Origin: Mycolicibacterium smegmatis
Lineage (GTDB): Bacteria > Actinomycetota > Actinomycetes > Mycobacteriales > Mycobacteriaceae
Assembly: GCF_001457595.1 (NCBI RefSeq)
Contig: NZ_LN831039.1
Coordinates: forward strand, 4,920,001 to 4,952,000
Reading direction: 5' to 3'
Length of the DNA: 32,000 nt
Part shown: positions 27,268 to 32,000 of the stretch, piece after piece
How positions within the stretch are numbered: the stretch's first letter is position 1
Layout of the letters: each line of letters opens with the position of its first letter
Made by a program: the position numbers and the translations under genes
The notes under the pieces: model-generated
Databases searched by the model: none
What the model was told of the DNA's origin: nothing
The model's input: only the letters and a program-made list of their open reading frames with translations

Positions 27268-27694
27268 CGCCCCGACACGCACCGAGGATCTCGTCGAGAT
27301 CCAGCAGTTGCTCGCGAAGTATGCGGTCACCATCACCCAGGGCGACATCGACGGTCTGATAAGCGTTTTCACGCCCGACGGCACCTACAGCGCGTTCGGC
27401 GAGACGTACACCCTCAACCGGTTCCCGGTGCTCGTCGACGCAGCGCCCAAGGGCCTGTTCATGACCGGCACGGCGCTCGTGGACCTGGTGCAGGGCGCTG
27501 ATACCGCCACCGGGACCCAGCCACTGTGCTTCATCGAGCACTCCACGCACGACATGCGCATCGGCTACTACCGCGACACGTATGAGCGCACGGCCGACGG
27601 CTGGCGCCTGAAAACCCGTTCCATGACGTTCATCCGGCGTAACGGCGACCACGACCACGGCCGTCCGCACGCCATCGGCAGGCCGGAAGCTTAG
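27251..27694 (+). CDS. NTF2/SnoaL-like domain protein
   Basis: 147 aa; DLVEIQQLLAKYAVTITQGDIDGLISVFTPDGTYSAFG...ERTADGWRLKTR. Confidence 0.88.
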   Translation: MTKPTDAPTRTEDLVEIQQLLAKYAVTITQGDIDGLISVFTPDGTYSAFGETYTLNRFPVLVDAAPKGLFMTGTALVDLVQGADTATGTQPLCFIEHSTHDMRIGYYRDTYERTADGWRLKTRSMTFIRRNGDHDHGRPHAIGRPEA

Positions 27695-28816
27695 ATGACC
27701 GAACTCCACGACCCCACCGCATTCCGCACGGCGCTGCAGGACTGGCTGGGCCGGACCGACCTCACGCCACCCGAGGACCATTCGCTCGAAGCGCACATGA
27801 CCCAGTTCCGCCGGGTACAGCGCGCGCTGTACGACGCAGACTTCGGTCGCTACGGCTGGCCCGAGACCGCCGGTGGGCTGGGTGGCCCGGACGTGCTGCG
27901 CGCCATCGTCGGCGAAGAGATCGTGGGCCGGCGATTGGCCGAACCCGGTCCGTGGTCGATGCTGGAGGTGCTCGCGCCGACCATGATCGACTACGCCCAC
28001 CCCGAACTCGCCGCCGAGATGGTGCCGAAGCTGCTGCGCGGCGACGAACAGTGGTGCCAAGGGTTTTCCGAACCCGGAGCGGGCAGCGACCTCGCCTCGA
28101 TCACCACGCGCGCCACCCAGAAGGGTGACAAGTGGATCATCAACGGCCAGAAGGTGTGGACGAGCTTCGCGCAGTTCTCGCAACGGTGCATCCTGCTGAC
28201 CCGCACCGGGGACGCAGGCACCCCGAACCACCAGGCGATCACGGCGTTCTTCGTCGACCTCGACACACCCGGCATCACCGTGCGGCCGTTGCGCACCATG
28301 CACGACGTCGACGAATTCTGCGAGGTGTACTTCGACGACGTCGAGGTCGACGCGGGCCGCATGCTCGGAAACCCCGGCCAGGGTTGGCAACTCGCGATGG
28401 CCCTGCTGCCGTACGAGCGCTCGACATGCTTCTGGCAGCGCATCGCGTACCTGTACTCGCGGTTCGACGCGCTCATCGAGGCCGTCAAACGCCAGGGCCA
28501 GGTCGTCGATTCGGATCTGGGCGAGGTCTACCTGGCCCTGCACACCGTGCGCTGCCGGTCGGCGGCCACACAGCGCAGACTCGCCGAGGGGCACAAGCTG
28601 GGTCCGGACACCTCGATCGACAAGGTGCTGCTGGCCAACGCCGAACAACTGCTCTACGACACGGCCCGCAATCTGTTGCCCGGCGTGATCGAACTCGAGG
28701 ATTCCGAATGGCGCACCGAGTACCTGTACTCGCGCGCGGCCACGATCTACGGCGGTACCGCCGAGGTGCAGCGCAACATCATCGCGCACCGCCTACTGGA
28801 CCTCCCGAAGGGATGA
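27695..28816 (+). CDS. Acyl-CoA dehydrogenase (alpha-like)
   Basis: FSEPGAGSDLAS, MALLPYERS, TIYGGTAEVQRNIIAHRLL. Confidence 0.94.
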   Translation: MTELHDPTAFRTALQDWLGRTDLTPPEDHSLEAHMTQFRRVQRALYDADFGRYGWPETAGGLGGPDVLRAIVGEEIVGRRLAEPGPWSMLEVLAPTMIDYAHPELAAEMVPKLLRGDEQWCQGFSEPGAGSDLASITTRATQKGDKWIINGQKVWTSFAQFSQRCILLTRTGDAGTPNHQAITAFFVDLDTPGITVRPLRTMHDVDEFCEVYFDDVEVDAGRMLGNPGQGWQLAMALLPYERSTCFWQRIAYLYSRFDALIEAVKRQGQVVDSDLGEVYLALHTVRCRSAATQRRLAEGHKLGPDTSIDKVLLANAEQLLYDTARNLLPGVIELEDSEWRTEYLYSRAATIYGGTAEVQRNIIAHRLLDLPKG

Positions 28817-29628
28817 CGGACATGGACGCCGAATCGCTAGGCCTGCTGGAAGAGACGCTGCGCAAGACCATGCTGTCGGCGTCCGGCGCGAAGCTCGACG
28901 CCGCGCTGGCCGAACTGGGCTGGGCCGAGATGCTCAGCGACATGCCCGAGGTCGCCATGCCGCTGGTGTTCCGGCTGCTGGGCGAAACCGGTTCACACGC
29001 CTCGGTTCTCAACGACGTGCTGCTGGAGACCATCGGCGGGCTGCCGGGCGGCACTCCGCCGATGCCGTATGCGGGTGGTGGCTGGGTCGTGTGGGAGCGC
29101 AGAGACAGCACGGACAGCGCAGACAGCGCCAACCCCACGTTGGGCGGGCTGCCGCTGCGCAAGGTGCCTGACGGGCAACTGCTGCGGATCTCGGAGGCCC
29201 GCAGGGCCCTGGGCTGGTGGCTCGTCGGCTCGGCACGCGCGATGCTGGCGCTGGCGCGTCAGCACGCGATGGACCGCGTGCAGTTCGGCGCGCCGATCGC
29301 GACGTTCCAGGCCGTGCGTCACCGGCTCGCCGAGACGCTCGTGGCCATCGAGGGCGCCGAGGCGACCCTGAGCCAGCCCAACGCCGACAACGTCGACCTC
29401 ACCTCGCTTTTGGCCAAGGCCGCCGCGGGCAAGGCCGCGCTGACCGCGGCCAGGCACTGCCAGCAGGTGCTGGGCGGCATCGGTTTCACCGCAGAACACG
29501 AGTTGCACACCCACGTCGAGCGGGTGCTGGTGCTCGACGGATTGCTGGGCAACGCACGCGAACTCACGCGCAAGGCCGGATCGGGTATGCGCGCCAGGGG
29601 CACCGCGCCGCGCATGGCGCAGGTCTAG
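28813..29628 (+). CDS. Acyl-CoA dehydrogenase-like, short (beta-like) partner
   Basis: 271 aa; C-terminal ACAD elements DRVQFGAPIATFQAVRHRLAE and QVLGGIGFTAEHELH; reduced N-terminus; 4-nt overlap with preceding gene. Confidence 0.88.
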   Translation: MTDMDAESLGLLEETLRKTMLSASGAKLDAALAELGWAEMLSDMPEVAMPLVFRLLGETGSHASVLNDVLLETIGGLPGGTPPMPYAGGGWVVWERRDSTDSADSANPTLGGLPLRKVPDGQLLRISEARRALGWWLVGSARAMLALARQHAMDRVQFGAPIATFQAVRHRLAETLVAIEGAEATLSQPNADNVDLTSLLAKAAAGKAALTAARHCQQVLGGIGFTAEHELHTHVERVLVLDGLLGNARELTRKAGSGMRARGTAPRMAQV

Positions 29629-29659
29629 CTTCACGCCGCAGGCGCCGGGGCATGGCGCC

Positions 29660-30442
29660 CTACTTGATGTTGGCCTTCATTTCCTCGATGTCGACCAGCA
29701 CCGGCCAACCGCTGACGCTCAGCGCGTTGCCGTGCCCGGTCTGGTGGATGTCGAAGACCGATTGGATGGCCGCGTAGAAGCCCTGCACGTCGAGTGTCTG
29801 GTTCACGGCCCGCTTGGCCTGGCGCAGTGCGAACGGCGGCATCGTGGCGATCTGTTCGGCCAGCTCGCGGGTCTGCGCGTCGAGTTCGTCACGCGCGACG
29901 ACGCGGTTGACCATGCCGGTGCGCTCGGCCTCCTCCGCCGTCAGCGCGCGCCCGGTGAACAAAATCTCCTTGGCCTTGCGCGGGCCGAGTTCCCACGTGT
30001 GACCGTGGTATTCGACGCCACCGATGCCCATGAGCGCCACCGGGTCGGAGAACAGCGCGTCGTCGGACGCCAGGATCAGATCACACGGCCAGCACAGCAG
30101 CAGACCACCCGAGATGCAGCGCCCCTGGACGGCCGCGATCGACGGCTTGGGCACGTTGCGCCAGCGCAGCGTGTAGTCGAGATAGCGCCTGGCCTCGTGC
30201 TGGATGATGAATTCCAGTGAGATCTTCTCGGGCACTTCACCACCGCCACGCAGATCGTGCCCGGCGGAGAAGTGCTTTCCGTTGGCCCGCAGAATGATGA
30301 CCTTGACCTCGTTGTCCTCGGCGGCCCTGGTCCAGGCCGCGTCGAGTTCGTCGAGCAGTTCGGGGTTCTGCGCGTTGGCGGCCTCGGGGCGGTTGAGCGT
30401 GATGGTCGCGATCGAGTCGGCGACGCCGTAGTCGATGTACAC
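29660..30442 (-). CDS. Enoyl-CoA hydratase/isomerase
   Basis: ITLNRPEAANAQN, FSAGHDLRGGG, AAVQGRCISGGLLL; GTG start with GAAGGGA upstream (longer ORF to 30481). Confidence 0.92.
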   Translation of the reverse strand: MYIDYGVADSIATITLNRPEAANAQNPELLDELDAAWTRAAEDNEVKVIILRANGKHFSAGHDLRGGGEVPEKISLEFIIQHEARRYLDYTLRWRNVPKPSIAAVQGRCISGGLLLCWPCDLILASDDALFSDPVALMGIGGVEYHGHTWELGPRKAKEILFTGRALTAEEAERTGMVNRVVARDELDAQTRELAEQIATMPPFALRQAKRAVNQTLDVQGFYAAIQSVFDIHQTGHGNALSVSGWPVLVDIEEMKANIK

Positions 30443-30521
30443 GTGGGTCCCTTCGGGGCGCCGGATGCAGGACGGGTGCATGAGAGGGCCTTCTTCTCGA
30501 AGACCTTCTAGGATTCCCGTG

Positions 30522-30540
30522 CCGAGAATACTATTCTCGG
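30522..30540. promoter_or_regulatory. Perfect 19-bp palindrome CCGAGAATACTATTCTCGG
   Basis: 9-bp perfect arms around central C, between divergent ECH and TetR genes. Confidence 0.85.
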
Positions 30541-30660
30541 TATACGAAAGTTACAATCTCCGACACGTTGGCCGCGAGGGGGTCTGGGACCACTATGGCA
30601 AGGCGTTCTCCGGTACAGTCGATCCATGCTCTCCCGACTCGACAAGCATCTGAGCCGTCC

Positions 30661-31323
30661 GTGACCAGCGCCGGCGAAGAACCCGCATGGAAGCAGCGGG
30701 CGGTCGAGCGGTCGATCAAAACCGCGAAGTTGCGCGCCGCCCAGCGAGTACAGCGCTTCCTGGACGCCGCCCAGGCGATCATCATCGAAAAAGGCAGCAC
30801 CGACTTCACGGTGCAGGAGGTCGTCGACCGCTCCCGGCAGTCACTGCGCAGCTTCTACCTGCAGTTCGACGGTAAGCACGAACTGCTGCTCGCACTCTTC
30901 GAGGACGCGCTGAGCCGCTCTGCCGACCAGATCCGCGCCGCGACCGCGAGCCATTCGGACCCATTGGAACGTCTCAAAGTGGCCATCCAGCTGCTGTTCG
31001 AGTCGTCCCGGCCGGATCCGGCCGCCAAGCGGCCGCTGTTCACCGACTTCGCACCGCGCCTTCTGGTGTCCCATCCGTCCGAGGTCAAAGTCGCGCACGC
31101 GCCGCTGCTGGCCCTGCTCACCGAGTTGATGGAAGAGGCGGGCGAGGCCGGCCTCCTCCGCGAGGGCATCAACCCGAAGCGCATGGCCGCGATGACGATG
31201 CAGACCGTCATGTTCGTCGCGCAGTCGAGTGGCGGGGCCGACGAGTCCACGCCCAATCCCATCACGGCCGACGAGGTCTGGGACTTCGTCGCGCACGGCT
31301 TCTCAGCCGATCCGCCCGCCTGA
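30661..31323 (+). CDS. TetR/AcrR family transcriptional regulator (start uncertain: 30568/30595/30661)
   Basis: QRFLDAAQAIIIEKGSTDFTVQEVVDRSRQSLRSFYLQFDGKHELLLALFEDAL. Confidence 0.88.
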   Translation: MTSAGEEPAWKQRAVERSIKTAKLRAAQRVQRFLDAAQAIIIEKGSTDFTVQEVVDRSRQSLRSFYLQFDGKHELLLALFEDALSRSADQIRAATASHSDPLERLKVAIQLLFESSRPDPAAKRPLFTDFAPRLLVSHPSEVKVAHAPLLALLTELMEEAGEAGLLREGINPKRMAAMTMQTVMFVAQSSGGADESTPNPITADEVWDFVAHGFSADPPA

Positions 31324-31338
31324 GAACCACGTTCTCCG
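31320..31338. promoter_or_regulatory. Shared motif copy CTGAGAACCACGTTCTCCG (GAGAAC-CAC-GTTCTC), overlaps TetR stop codon
   Basis: Perfect 6-bp arms with GAGAA-N5-TTCTC spacing. Confidence 0.55.
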
Positions 31339-31463
31339 CGCGTCAGAAGCCATTACTCCTTGGGCGTGATGCCGGTCACGGGAATGGTTTCTCCGACCGA
31401 TCCCTTTCCGCCGCCCGCACAATTTCGACAACGCATGTTGCCATTCTTTTCTGTTGTGCAGTC

Positions 31464-31480
31464 GCTCAGCATTGCTGAGC
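31464..31480. repeat. Perfect hairpin/palindrome GCTCAGC-ATT-GCTGAGC
   Basis: 7-bp arms, 3-nt loop, intergenic. Confidence 0.6.
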
Positions 31481-31523
31481 ATGTGTTGTGAAGCGTCCGT
31501 TTCGCTGCTCTGGACAGCGATGC

Positions 31524-31542
31524 ATGAGAACCTGATTCTTGC
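31524..31542. promoter_or_regulatory. Shared motif copy ATGAGAACCTGATTCTTGC
   Basis: First 16 nt identical to 23722-23737; 131 bp upstream of SDR. Confidence 0.6.
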
Positions 31543-31673
31543 TGTGAGAGAGCAATGATGCCGAAAACGAGTCTGTCGTTGACACCGTGGGTACGCCGGT
31601 GACAGAGTGCTGAGCAGGTGCACAGTTTCGTCGATCGGCACCGGCATACCGAGCTACAGAACAGAGGTAACCA

Positions 31674-32000
31674 ATGTCTGGACGGGTGGAAGGCAAGGTC
31701 GCATTCGTCACCGGCGCGGCCCGCGGCCAGGGCCGTAGTCACGCACTGCGGTTGGCGCAGGAAGGCGCCGACATCATCGCCATCGACATCTGCGGCCCCA
31801 TTCGCCCCGGCGCCGAAACCGCCATCCCGGCATCGACATCCGATGACCTTGCCGAGACCGCGAACCTGGTGAAGGGACTCGACCGCCGCGTCGTCACCGC
31901 GGAGGTGGACGTGCGCGACGCCGCGGCCATCAAGGCCGCTGTCGACAGCGGTGTCGAGCAGCTCGGCAGGCTCGACATCATCGTCGCCAACGCCGGCATC
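31674..32000 (+). CDS. Mycofactocin-coupled SDR family oxidoreductase, 3' truncated by window
   Basis: MSGRVEGKVAFVTGAARGQGRSHALRLAQEGADIIAIDICG...; N-terminus typical of mycofactocin-type SDRs; frame open to the window end. Confidence 0.85.
   Translation, partial: MSGRVEGKVAFVTGAARGQGRSHALRLAQEGADIIAIDICGPIRPGAETAIPASTSDDLAETANLVKGLDRRVVTAEVDVRDAAAIKAAVDSGVEQLGRLDIIVANAGI

Noticed and set aside
27203-28789. 528-aa minus-strand ORF opposite NTF2-like and ACAD genes
   Set aside because: Antisense shadow ORF, no domain signature.
31320-31338. KstR (TnnAACnnGTTnnA) cholesterol regulator site
   Set aside because: GAGAAC-CAC-GTTCTC has a 3-nt rather than 2-nt gap between AAC and GTT, and sister sites use ATT instead of GTT, so it does not match KstR as known.
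1-32000. CRISPR array, transposon/IS, prophage, tRNA or rRNA
   Set aside because: No regularly spaced repeats, transposase/integrase motifs, or structural RNA signatures were recognised by eye; a dedicated tRNA/Rfam scan was not possible.

Overview
High-GC actinobacterial (mycobacterial-type) catabolic locus, densely packed with co-oriented, overlapping genes. I support about 30 CDS: a partial NuoF-like reductase, three atypical P450-type ferredoxins, three cytochromes P450, a DUF35/OB-fold + thiolase-fold fusion, an alpha/beta hydrolase, tandem 3-hydroxyisobutyrate-dehydrogenase-like proteins, an F420/LLM-class oxidoreductase, DUF1330, a predicted emopamil-binding-protein (EBP, sterol isomerase)-like membrane protein, three TetR regulators, five acyl-CoA dehydrogenases (one adjacent alpha/beta-like pair), an APH-like kinase, an MDR quinone oxidoreductase, a thiolase, a class III CoA-transferase, SDRs (one mycofactocin-type), two amidohydrolases (one lacking the HxH metal motif), a CMD-family protein, a Rieske oxygenase with a small partner ORF, an NTF2-like protein and an enoyl-CoA hydratase. 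The most notable non-coding signal is a recurring ~19-bp palindromic motif (NNGAGAA-N5-TTCTCNN) in several promoter regions. It looks like an operator family tying dispersed gene blocks into one regulon, plausibly for degradation of a steroid/terpenoid/aromatic-like substrate. No CRISPR, rRNA, tRNA or transposon was recognised.
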